From the human T2T-CHM13v2.0 reference genome, Homo sapiens, in contig CP086569.2 of assembly GCA_009914755.4 (NCBI GenBank), forward strand, positions 28,896,001 through 28,960,000: a stretch of 64,000 nucleotides of DNA, given 5' to 3'. How positions within the stretch are numbered: position 1 is the first letter of the stretch; every line of letters begins with the position of its first letter. The notes beneath the pieces were generated by a model that did not search any database, was not told the origin of the DNA, and saw only the letters and a program-made list of their open reading frames with translations. Shown here one piece after another: positions 28,360-41,155 of this stretch. A program made the translations under genes and the position numbers.

Positions 28360-31300
28360 CTGCCAGTCGATTGCATTGCATACTAGACCATTCCAAAGGA
28401 GTCCATTCCATTCTATTTCACCACTTTCCATTCCACTCTGTTCAAGTCCAATCCATTCCAGTCCATTTAATTCAAGGGCATTCCATTCCATTCCATTCCA
28501 TTTCATGTTATTCCATTCCATTCAATTCCATTCCAGATGATTCCATTCCATTCTATACCATTGCTCTCTGTTCCATTCCATTCCATCTGTCTCCATTCCT
28601 TTCGTTTCGATTCCTTTCCATTCCATTCCATTACATTTGATCCTATTTTATTAAATTGCATTCTATTCGAGTGATTTCCATTCGAGTCCTTTCCATTCGA
28701 TTCCATTCCATTCTATTCCATTCCTTTGGATTCCATTCCATTCCTTTCCGTTCACATCAATTCCTTGCGATTCCATTACATTGGATATCTTGCCATTCGA
28801 TTCCATTCCTTTTGACTCCATTTCATTCGATTCCATTCCATTCCATTAATTTCCATTCCATTCGAGACCTTTCCATTGCAGTCTTTTCCCTTCGAGTCCA
28901 TTCCGTTCGATTCCCTTGCATTCGATTCCATTCCATTGGAGTCCGTACCAGTAGAGTCCATTCTATTCCAGTCCATTAGTTTCGACTCCATTGCATTCGA
29001 GTGCATTCCATTCCGTGGCTGTCCATTCCATTCCGTTTGATGCCATTCCATACGATTCCATTCAATTCGAGACCATTCTATTGCTGTCCATTCCTTGTGG
29101 TTCGATTCCATTTCACTCTAGTCCATTCCATTCCATTCAATTCCATTCGACTCTATTCCGTTCCATTCAATTCCATTCCATTCGATTCCATTTTGGTCGA
29201 GAACCTTCTATTACACTCCCTTCCATTCCAGTGCATTCCATTCCAGTCTCTTCAGTTCGATTCCATTCCATACGTTTCGATTCCATTCCATTCCAGCCCA
29301 TTCCATTCCATTCCATTCCTTTGCTTTCCGTTTCATTAGATTCCATTGCATTCGATTCCATTCAATTCAATTCCGTACTATTCAATTTGATTGATTTCCA
29401 TTTAATTCCATTCCATTAGATTCCATTCCGTTCGATTCCATTCCTTTCGAATCCATTCCATTGGAGTCCATTCACTTCCAGAACATTCCATTCCAGTCGA
29501 ATCCATTCGAGTACTTTCCATTAATGTTCATTACATTCTAATACATTCCATTCCATTGCATTCCATTCCATTCCATTCGATGCCATTCGATTCCATTCCA
29601 TGCCAAATCATTGCATTCCTTTCCTTTCCGTTCCTATCAATTCCATTCCATTTGATTTAGTTCGATTCTATTCACTTCCATTCCATTCGATTCCATTCCA
29701 TTGGAGTCAATTCCTTTCGACACCCAGCCTTTCCAGTCAATGATTTTGGATTCCATTTTTTTGCATTCCATTACATTCTATGACATTCGATTCCGTTTCA
29801 TTGCATTCCATTCCATACATTTTTATTCCATTCGAGACCGTAGCATTCCAGTTTATTCCAGGCTTGTCCATTACACTACATTCCCTTCCATTCCACTGAA
29901 TTCCATTCCATTCCAATCCATTCCTTTCCTTTCGCTTGCATTCCATTCTATTCTCTTCTACTGCATACAATTTCACTCCATTCGTTCCCATTCCATTCAA
30001 TTCCATTCCATTCAATTCCATTCCATTTTTTCCATTCTCTTCGATTCCATTTCTTTATATTCCATGCCATTCGATTCCATTCTATTGGATTGCATTACAT
30101 TCGTGTTCATTCCATTCCAGACCATTCCATTTGACTCCATTCCTTTCGAGCCCTTTCAATTTGAGTCCATTCCTTTCCAGTCCATTTCACTCCAGTCCAT
30201 TACTATCCATTCCCTAACATTCCATCCCATTGCATTCCATTCCATTCCATTCCATTCCATTCCATTGCATTCCATTCCATTCCATTGCACTGCACTCCAT
30301 TCCATTACATTCTATTCTATTACAGTCGATTTTATTGCATTAGATTCTATTCCATTGGATTACTTTCCATTCGATTACATTCCATTCATGTACATTCCAT
30401 TCCAGTCAATTACATTCGAGTTCATTACGTTACATTCCAGTATATTCCATTGTATTCGATCCCATTCCTTTCAATTCCATTTCATTCGACTCCATTATAT
30501 TCGATTCCATTCCACCCGAATCCATTCCAGTAGAGGACATTCCATTCCAATGCATTCCATTCCATTCCAAAGCATTCCATTGCATTCGATTCCATCCCAT
30601 TTGATGCCATTCCGTTTGATGCCATTCCATGACATTCCATTCCATTCGAGTCCATTCCGTTCCAATTCATTCCATTCCGTTTCATGAAATTCGAGTCCTT
30701 TCCAGTACATTTCATTCCAATCCCATCCAATCCAATCTACTCCATTCAATTCCTTTCCATTCCATTTGATTAGATTCCATTGATTTCATTCCATTCAGTT
30801 TGATTCCATTCCGTGAAATTTCGTTCCATTCTATTCCATTGCATTACTTTCCATTCAATTCCATTCCATTTCATTTCAGTCCATTCGCTTCCTTTCCTTT
30901 CGATTCAATTCAATTTGATTCCACTCCATTCTATGCGATTTCATTCCAATCGATTCAATTCCATTCGATGACATTCCTTTCGTTTCCATTCCATTCGAGT
31001 CCATTCAATTTGAGCATTCGTGTCCATTCTATTCGAGTCCATTCCATTACCGTCTATTCTATTCCCTTCCATTCCTGTTGATTCAATTTCATTCCCTTCC
31101 ATTCGATTCCTTTCCATTCGATTCCATTCCTTTCCATTCCATTCCATTCGCTTCCATTCCATGTGATTTCATTCCATTCCAGTCCATTATATTCGAGTCC
31201 ACTCCACTCCATTCTATTACATTCAATTCCTTTTGAGTCCGTTCCATAACACTCCATTCATTTCGATTCCATTTCTTGCCAGTTTTCTTCCATTTTATTC

Positions 31301-31888
31301 CATTCCGTTCGATTCCATTCCATTCGATTGCATTCCATTCGAATCCTTTCCATTCCATTTCATTCCATTCCTTTCTATTCCATTCCATTTCATTCGATTT
31401 GATTCCATTCTGTTCTATTCCATTCAATTCTTTTTCATTCCATTCGAATCCTTTCTATTGCAGTCCATTGCATTCGAGTCCATTCCAATCCCTTCCATTT
31501 AATTCCGTTACAGTCCATTCCAATAGATTCCATTCCTTTGCCTTCCATTCGAATCCATTCCATTCTAGTCCATTCCATTTGAGTCAATTCCATTCCATTC
31601 CATTCTATTCCTTTCCAATCCATTAGATTCCATTCGATTCAATTCCGTTTGATTCTCTTTAATTCTATTTTATTCCATGTCATTTGATTGCATTGCATTC
31701 CATTCCGTTTGATTCCATTCCATTCAAGAAAGTTCCATTCCAGTCCATTGCTTTTGAGTCCATTCCATTCCACTCTAGTCTATTCCACTCCATTCCTTTC
31801 CATTCCATTCCATACTATTCCATTCCATTCCTTTGCATTCCGTTTCCAATCTATTCGAGTCCATTGCATTCCAGTCCAATCCATTCGA
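24841..31888 (+). repeat. Copy 2 of the 7,048 bp dimeric super-repeat (u8 plus u9)
   Basis: As above. The right boundary is approximate, because the next anchor is at 31908 and u10 differs (GGCC retained). Confidence 0.7.
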
Positions 31889-31907
31889 TTACATTCCTTT
31901 TGATTCC
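28360..31907 (+). repeat. HOR unit u9 (3548 bp), derived type. HaeIII site lost. A 1 bp deletion at about 30031 fuses frames into a 328 aa artefact ORF
   Basis: ccattccattttttccattctc here, against ccattccatttgtttccattctc in paralogues. ggcttg at about 29862. Confidence 0.85.
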
Positions 31908-34900
31908 CTGCCAGTCGATCGCATTGCATACTAGACCATTCCAAAGGAGTCCATTCCATTCTATTTCAACACTTTCCATTCCACTCTGTTCGAGTCCATT
32001 CCATTCCAGTCCATTTAATTCAAGGGTATTCCATTCCATTCCATTCCATTTCATGTTATTCCATTCCATTCAATTCCATTCCAGATGATTCCATTCCATT
32101 CTATACCATTGCTCTCTGTTCCATTCCATTCCATCTGTCTCCATTCCTTTCGTTTCGATTCCTTTCCATTCCATTACATTACATTTGATCCTATTTTATT
32201 AAATTGCATTCTATTCGAGTGATTTCCATTCGAGTCCTTTCCATTCGATTCCATTCCATTCTATTCCATTCCTTTGGATTCCATACCATTCCGTTCCGTT
32301 CACATCAATTCCTTGCGATTCCATTACATTCGATTTCTTGCCATTCGATTCCATTCCTTTTGACTCCATTTCATTCGATTCCATTCCATTCCATTAATTT
32401 CCATTCCATTCGAGACCTTTCCATTGCAGTCTTTTCCCTTCGAGTCCATTCCGTTCGATTCCCTTGCATTCGATTCCATTCCATTGGAGTCCGTACCAGT
32501 CGAGTCCATTCTATTCCAGTCCATTAGTTTCGACTCCATTGCATTCGAGTGCATTCCATTCCGTGGCTGTCCATTCCATTCCGTTTGATGCCATTCCATA
32601 CGATTCCATTCAATTCGAGACCATTCTATTCCTGTCCATTCCTTGTGGTTCGATTCCATTTCACTCTAGTCCATTCCATTCCATTCAATTCCATTCGACT
32701 CTATTCCGTTCCATTCAATTCCATTCCATTCGATTCCATTTTTTTCGAGAGCCTTCCATTACACTCCCTTCCATTCCAGTGCATTCCATTCCAGTCTCTT
32801 CAGTTCGATTCCATTCCTTTCGTTTCGATTCCATTCCATTCCAGCCCATTCCACTCCATTCCATTCCTTTCCTTTCCATTTCATTAGATTCCACTGCATT
32901 CTATTCCATTCAATTCAATTCCGTTCTATTCAATTTGATTCATTTCCATTTAATTCCATTCCATTAGATTACATTCCTTTCGAATCCATTCCATTGGAGT
33001 CCATTCACTTCGAGAACATTCCATTCCAGTCGAATCCATTCGAGTACATTCCATTAAAGTTCATTACATCCTAATACATTCCATTCCATTGCATTCAATT
33101 CCATTCCATTCGATGCCACTCGATTCCGTTCCATGGCAAATCATTGCATTCCTTTCCATTCCGTTCCTATCAATTCCATTCCATTCGATTTAGTTCCATT
33201 CTATTCACTTCCATTCCATTCGATTCCATTCCATTGGAGTCAATTCCTTTTGACACCCAGCCTTTCCAGTCAATGATTTTGGAGTCCATTTTTTTGCATT
33301 CCATTACATTCTATGACATTCAATTCCGTTTCATTGCATTCCATTCCATACATTTTTATTCCATTCGAGACCGTAGCATTCCACTTTATTCCAGGCCTGT
33401 CCATTACACTACATTCCCTTCCATTCCAATGAATTCCATTCCATTCCAATCCATTCCTCTCCTTTCGCTTGCATTGCATTCTATTCTCTTCTACTGCATA
33501 CAATTTCACTCCATTCCTTCCCATTCCATTCAATTCCATTCCATTCAATTCCATTCCATTTGTTTCCATTCTCTTCGATTCCATTTCTTTATATTCCATG
33601 CCATTCGATTCCATTCTATTGGATTGCATTACATTCGTGTTCATTCCATTCCAGACCATTCCATTTGACTCCATTCCTTTCGAGCCCTTTCAATTTGAGT
33701 CCATTCCTTTCCTAGTCCATTTCACTCCAATCCATTACTATCCATTCCATACCATTCCATCTCATTGCATTCCATTCCATTCCATTCCATTCCATTGAAT
33801 TCCATTCCATTCCATTCCATTGCACTGCACTCCATTCCATTACATTCTATTCTATTTGAGTCGATTTTATTGCATTAGATTCTATTCCATTGGATTACTT
33901 TCCATTCGATTACATTCCATTCATGTACATTCCATTCCAGTCAATTACATTCGAGTTCATTACGTTGCATTCCAGTATATTCCATTGTATTCGATCTCAT
34001 TCCTTTCAATTCCATTTCATTCGACTCCATTATATTCGATTCCATTCCACTCGAATCCATTCCATTAGAGGACATTCCATTCCAATGCATTCCATTCCAT
34101 TCCATAGCATTCCATTGCATTCGATTCCATTCCCTTTGATGCCATTCCGTTTGATGCCATTCCATGACATTCCATTCCATTCGAGTCCATTCCGTTCCAA
34201 TTCATTCCATTCCGTTTCATGAAATTCGAGTGCTTTCCAGTACATTTCATTCCAATCCCATCCAATCCAATCTACTCCATTCAATTCCTTTCCATTCCAT
34301 TTGATTATATTCCATTGATTTGATTCCATTCAGTTTGATTCCATTACGTGAAATTTCGTTCCATTCTATTCCATTGCATTACTTTCCATTCAATTCCATT
34401 CCATTTCATTTCAGTCCATTCGCTTCCTTTCCTTTCGATTCAATTCAATTTGATTCCACTCCATTCTATGCGATTTCATTCCAATCGATTCAATTCCATT
34501 CGATGACATTCCTTTCGTTTCCATTCCATTCGAGTCCATTCAATTTGAGCATTCGTGTCCATTCTATTCGAGTCCATTCCATTACCGTCTATTCTATTCC
34601 CTTCCATTCCTGTTGATTCAATTTCATTCCCTTCCATTCGATTCCTTTCCATTCGATTCCATTCCTTTCCATTCCATTCCATTCGGTCCCATTCCATGTG
34701 ATTTCATTCCATTCCAGTCCATTATATTCGAGTCCACTCCACTCCATTCTATTACATTCAATTCCTTTTGAGTCCGTTCCATAACACTCCATTCATTTCG
34801 ATTCCATTTCTTGCCAGTTTTCTTCCATTTTATTCCATTCCGTTCGATTCCATTCCATTCGATTGCACTCATTTCGAATCCTTTCCATTCCATTTCATTC

Positions 34901-35442
34901 CATTCCTTTCTATTCCATTCCATTTCATTCGATTTGATTCCATTCTGTTCTATTCCATTCAATTCTTTTTCATTCCATTCGAATCCTTTCTATTGCAGTC
35001 CATTCCATTCGAGTCCATTCTAATCCCTTCCATTCCATTCCATTACAGTCCATTCCAATAGATTCCATTCCTTTGCCTTCCATTCGAATCCATTCCATTC
35101 TAGTCCATTCCATTTGAGTCAATTCCATTCCATTCCATTCTATTCCTTTCCAATCCATTCGTTTCCATTCGATTCAATTCCGTTTGATTCTCTTTCATTC
35201 TATTTTATTCCATGCCATTTGATTGCATTGCATTCCATTCCGTTTGATTCCAGTCCATTCAAGAAAGTTCCATTCCAGTCCATTGCTTTTGAGTCCATTC
35301 CATTCCACTCTAGTCTATTCCACTCCATTCCTTTCCATTCCATTCCATACTATTCCATTCCATTCCTTTGCATTCCGTTTCCAATCTATTCGAGTCCATT
35401 GCATTCTAGTCCAATCCATTCGATTACATTCCTTTTGATTCC
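31908..35442 (+). repeat. HOR unit u10 (3535 bp), GGCC present at about 33394
   Basis: Anchor spacing. ccaggcctgt read directly. Confidence 0.85.
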
Positions 35443-37696
35443 CTGCCAGTCGATTGCATTGCATACTAGACCATTCCAAAGGAGTCCATTCCATTCTATG
35501 TCAACACTTTCCATTCCACTCTGTTCGAGTCCATTCCATTCCAGTCCATTTAATTTAAGGGCATTCCATTCCATTCCATTCCATTTCATGTTATTCCATT
35601 CCATTCAATTCCATTCCAGATGATTCCATTCCATTCCATACCATTGCTCTCTGTTCCATTCCATTCCATCTGTCTCCATTCCTTTCGTTTCGATTCCTTT
35701 CCATTCCATTACATTACATTTGATCCTATTTTATTAAATTGCATTCTATTCGAGTGATTTCCATTCGAGTCCTTTCCCTTCGATTCCATTCCATTCTATT
35801 CCATTCCTTTGGATTCCATTCCATTCCGTTCCGTTCACATCAATTCCTTGTGATTCCATTACATTCGATTTCTTGCCATTCGATTCCATTCCTTTTGACT
35901 CCATTTCATTCGATTCCATTCCATTCCATTAATTTCCATTCCATTCGAGACCTTTCCATTGCAGTCTTTTCCCTACGAGTCCATTCCGTTCCATTCCCTT
36001 CCATTCGATTCCATTCCATTGGAGTCCGTACCAGTCGAGTCCATTCTATTCCAGTCCATTAGTTTCGACTCCATTGCATTCGAGTGCATTCCATTCCGTG
36101 GCTGTCCATTCCATTCCGTTTGATGCCATTCCATACGATTCCATTCAATTCGAGACCATTCTATTCCTGTCCATTCCTTGTGGTTCGATTCCATTTCACT
36201 CTAGTCCATTCCATTCCATTCAATTCCATTCGACTCTATTCCGTTCCATTCAATTCCATTCCATTCGATTCCCTTTTTTTCGAGAACCTTCCATTACACT
36301 CCCTTCCATTCCAGTGCATTCCATTCCAGTCTCTTCAGTTCGATTCCATTCCATTCCATAGCATTCCATTGCATTCGATTCCATTCCATTCGATGCCATT
36401 CCATTTGATGCCATTCCATGACATTCCATTCCATTCGAGTCCATTCCGTTCCAATTCATTCCATTCCGTTTCATGAAATTCGAGTCCTTTCCAGTACATT
36501 TCATTCCAATCCCATCCAATCCAATCTACTCCATTCAATTCCTTTCCATTCCATTTGATTATATTCCATTGATTTGATTCCATTCAGTTTGATTCCATTC
36601 CATGAAATTTCCTTCCATTCTCTTCCATTGCATTACTTTCCATTCCATTCCATTCCATTTCATTTCAGTCCATTCGCTTCCTTTCCTTTCGATTCAATTC
36701 CATTTGATTCCACTCCATTCTATGCGATTTCATTCCAATCGATTCAATTCCATTCGATGACATTCCTTTCGTTTCCATTCCATTCGAGTCCATTCAATTT
36801 GAGCATTCGTGTCCATTCTATTCGAGTCCATTCCATTACCGTCTATTCTATTCCCTTCCATTCCTGTTGATTCAATTTCATTCCCTTCCATTCGATTCCT
36901 TTCCATTCGATTCCATTCCTTTCCATTCCATTCCATTCGTTCCCATTCCATGTGATTTCATTCCATTCCAGTCCATTATATTCGAGTCCACTCCACTCCA
37001 TTCTATTACATTCAATTCCTTTTGAGTCCGTTCCATAACACTCCGTTCATTTCGATTCCATTTCTTGCCAGTTTTCTTCCATTTTATTCCATTCCGTTCG
37101 ATTCCATTCCATTCGATTGCATTCCATTCGAATCCTTTCCATTCCATTTCATTCCATTCCTTTCTATTCCATTCCATTTCATGCGATTTGATTCCATTCT
37201 GTTCTATTCCATTCAATTCTTTTTCATTCCATTCGCATCCTTTCTATTGCAGTCCATTCCATTCGAGTCCATTCCAATCCCTTCCATTCCATTCCATTAC
37301 AGTCCATTCCAATAGATTCCATTCATTTGCCTTCCATTCGAATCCATTCCATTCTAGTCCATTCCATTTGAGTCAATTCCATTCCATTCCATTCTATTCC
37401 TTTCCAATCCAATCGATTATATTCAATTCTATTCCATTTGATTCTCTTTCATTCTATTTTATTCCATGCCATTTGATTGCATTGCATTCCATTCCGTTTG
37501 ATTCCAGTCCATTCAAGAATGTTCCATTCCAGTCCATTGCTTTCGAGTCCATTCCATTCCACTCTAGTCTATTCCACTCCATTTCTTTCCATTCCATTCC
37601 ATACTATTCCATTCCATTCCTTTGCATTCCGTTTCCAATCTATTCGAGTCCATTGCATTCCAGTCCAATCCATTCGATTACATTCCTTTTGATTCC
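35443..37696 (+). repeat. HOR unit u11 (2254 bp), truncated by a roughly 1.29 kb internal deletion at about 36350
   Basis: Anchor spacing is 2254. ORF 36084-36476 jumps from ...QSLQFDSIPF directly to HSIPLHSIPFHSMPFHLMPFHDIPF..., two regions that lie about 1.3 kb apart in full units. Confidence 0.85.
36340..36360. other. Junction of a roughly 1.29 kb intra-unit deletion (microhomology ccattccattcc)
   Basis: ...cagttcgattccattccattccatagcattccattgcattcg... joins sequence normally about 1.3 kb apart. Confidence 0.75.
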
Positions 37697-40600
37697 CTGC
37701 CAGTCGATTGCATTGCATACTACACCATTCCAAGGGAGTCCATTCCATTCTATCTCAACACTTTCCATTCCACTCTGTTCGAGTCCATTCCATTCCAGTC
37801 CATTTAATTCAAGGGCATTCCATTCCATTCCATTCCATTTCATATTATTCCATTCCATTCAATTCCATTCCAGATGATTCCATTCCATTCTATACCATTG
37901 CTCTCTGTTCCATTCCATTCCATCTGTCTCCATTCCTTTCGTTTCGATTCCTTTCCATTCCATTCCATTACATTTGATCCTATTTTATTAAATTGCATTC
38001 TATTCGAGTGATTTCCATTCGAGTCCTTTCCATTCGATTCCATTCCATTCTATTCCATTCCTTTGGATTCCATTCCATTCCGTTCCGTACACATCAATTC
38101 CTTGTGATTCCATTACATTCCATTTCTTGCCATTCCATTCCATTCCTTTTGACTCCATTTCATTCGATTCCATTCCATTCCATTAATTTCCATTCCATTC
38201 GAATCCCTTCCATTCGATTCCATTCCATTGGAGTCCGTACCAGTCGAGTCCATTCTATTCCAGTCCATTAGTTTCGACTCCATTGCATTCGAGTGCATTA
38301 CATTCCGTAGCTGTCCATTCCATTCCGTTTGATGCCATTCCATACGATTCCATTCAATTCGAGGCCATTCTATTCCTGTCCATTCCTTGTGGTTCGATTC
38401 CATTTCACTCTAGTCCATTCCATTCCATTGAATTCCATTCGACTCTATTCCGTTCCATTCAATTCCATTCCATTCGATTCCATTTTTGTCGAGAACCTTC
38501 CATTACACTCCCTTCCATTCCAGTGCATTCCATTCCAGTCTCTTCAGTTCGATTCCATTCCATTCGTTTCGATTCCTTTCCATTCCAGCCCATTCCATTC
38601 CATTCCATTCCTTTCCTTTCCGTTTCATTAGATTCCATTGCATTCGATTCCATTCAATTCAATTCCGTGCTATTCAATTTGATTGATTTCCATTTAATTC
38701 CATTCCATTAGATTCCATTCCGTTCGATTCCATTCCTTTCGAATCCATTCCATTGGAGTCCATTCACTTCCAGAACATTCCATTCCAGTCGAATCCATTC
38801 GAGTACTTTCCATTAATGTTCATTACATTCTAATACATTCCATTCCATTGCATTCCATTCCATTCCATTCGATGCCATTCGATTCCATTCCTTGCCAAAT
38901 CATTGCATTCCTTTCCTTTCCGTTCCTATCAATTCCATTCCATTTGATTTAGTTCGATTCTATTCACTTCCATTCCATTCGATTCCATTCCATTGGAGTC
39001 AATTCCTTTCGACACCCAGCCTTTCCAGTCAATGATTTTGGATTCCATTTTTTTGCATTCCATTACATTCTATGACATTCGATTCCGTTTCATTGCATTC
39101 CATTCCATACATTTTTATTCCATTCGAGACCGTAGATTTCCAGTTTATTCCAGGCTTGTCCATTACACTACATTCCCTTCCATTCCACTGAATTCCATTC
39201 CATTCCAATCCATTCCTTTCCTTTCGCTTGCATTCCATTCTATTCTCTTCTACTGCATACAATTTCACTCCATTCGTTCCCATTCCATTCAATTCCATTC
39301 CATTCAATTCCATTCCATTTGTTTCCATTCTCTTCGATTCCATTTCTTTATATTCCATGCCATTCGATTCCATTCTATTGGATTGCATTACATTCGTGTT
39401 CATTCCATTCCAGACCATTCCATTTGACTCCATTCCTTTCGAGCCCTTTCAATTTGAGTCCATTCCTTTCCAGTCCATTACTATCCATTCCCTACCATTC
39501 CATCCCATTGCATTCCATTCCATTCCAATCCATTCCATTGCATTCCATTCCATTCCATTGCACTGCACTCCATTCCATTACATTCTATTCTATTACAGTC
39601 GATTTTATTGCATTAGATTCTATTCCATTGGATTACTTTCCATTCGATTACATTCCATTCATGTACATTCCATTCCAGTCAATTACATTCGAGTTCATTA
39701 CGTTACATTCCAGTATATTCCATTGTATTCGATCCCATTCCTTTCAATTCCATTTCATTCGACTCCATTATATTCGATTCCATTCCACCCGAATCCATTC
39801 CATTAGAGGACATTCCATTCCAATGCATTCCATTCCATTCCAAAGCATTCCATTGCATTCGATTCCATCCCATTTGATGCCATTCCGTTTGATGCCATTC
39901 CATGACATTCCATTCCATTCGAGTCCATTCCGTTCCAATTCATTCCATTCCGTTTCATGAAATTCGAGTCCTTTCCAGTACATTTCATTCCAATCCCATC
40001 CAATCCAATCTACTCCATTCAATTCCTTTCCATTCCATTTGATTATATTCCATTGATTTGATTCCATTCAGTTTGATTCCATTCCGTGAAATTTCGTTCC
40101 ATTCTATTCCATTGCATTACTTTCCATTCAATTCCATTCCATTTCATTTCAGTCCATACGCTTCCTTTCCTTTCGATTCAATTCCATTTGATTCCACTCC
40201 ATTCTATGCGATTTCATTCCAATCGATTCAATTCCATTCGATGACATTCCTTTCGTTTCCATTCCATTCGAGTCCATTCAATTTGAGCATTCGTGTCCAT
40301 TCTATTCGAGTCCATTCCATTACCGTCTATTCTATTCCCTTCCATTCCTGTTGATTCAATTTCATTCCCTTCCATTCGATTCCTTTCCATTCGATTCCAT
40401 TCCTTTCCATTCCATTCCATTCGCTCCCATTCCATGTGATTTCATTCCATTCCAGTCCATTATATTCGAGTCCACTCCACTCCATTCTATTACATTCAAT
40501 TCCTTTTGAGTCCGTTCCATAACACTCCATTCATTTCGATTCCATTTCTTGCCAGTTTTCTTCCATTTTATTCCATTCCGTTCGATTCCATTCCATTCGA

Positions 40601-41155
40601 TTGCATTCCATTCGAATCCTTTCCATTCCATTTCATTCCATTCCTTTCTATTCCATTCCATTTCATTCGATTTGATTCCATTCTGTTCTATTCCATTCAA
40701 TTCTTTTTCATTCCATTCGAATCCTTTCTATTGCAGTCCATTCCATTCGAGTCCATTCCAATCCCTTCCATTCCATTCCATTACAGTCCATTCCAATAGA
40801 TTCCATTCCTTTGCCTTCCATTCGAATCCATTCCATTCTAGTCCATTCCATTTGAGTCAATTCCATTCCATTCCATTCTATTCCTTTCCAATCCATTCGA
40901 TTCCATTCGATTCAATTCCGTTTGATTCTCTTTCATTCTATTTTATTCCATGCCATTTGATTGCATTGCATTCCATTCCGTTTGATTCCAGTCCATTGCT
41001 TTTGAGTCCATTCCATTCCACTCTAGTCTATTCCACTCCATTCCTTTCCATTCCATTCCATACTATTCCATTCCATTCCTTTGCATTCCGTTTCCACTCT
41101 ATTCGAGTCCATTGCATTCCAGTCCAATCCATTCGATTACATTCCTTTTGATACC
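37697..41155 (+). repeat. HOR unit u12 (3459 bp). Its length is fully explained by three deletions (about 48 bp at 38190, 15 bp at 39470, 25 bp at 40981). HaeIII site lost. Has a novel GGCC at about 38363 (gaggccattc)
   Basis: 3544 minus 45-48, minus 15, minus 25 gives about 3459. The 92 aa ORF 37993-38271 stands against the 107 aa paralogues. Confidence 0.85.

Larger units (their letters stand above)
22255..38594 (+). repeat. Copy 1 of a roughly 16.3 kb tandem segmental duplication inside the array
   Basis: 38595 onward matches 22255 onward at offset 16340 (visually identical from about 38590 to at least 39480). The last differences are at 38521-38590 against 22181-22250. Confidence 0.7.

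Noticed and set aside
29701-30687. 328 aa ORF on the + strand, duplicated at 42497-43483, together with the many 200-275 aa ORFs such as 10058-10885
   Set aside because: They are pure FHSIP-periodic low-complexity translations. Their length is created by a 1 bp deletion (ccattccattttttcc) that fuses two frames of a stop-free pentamer repeat. There is no start context, codon bias or domain.
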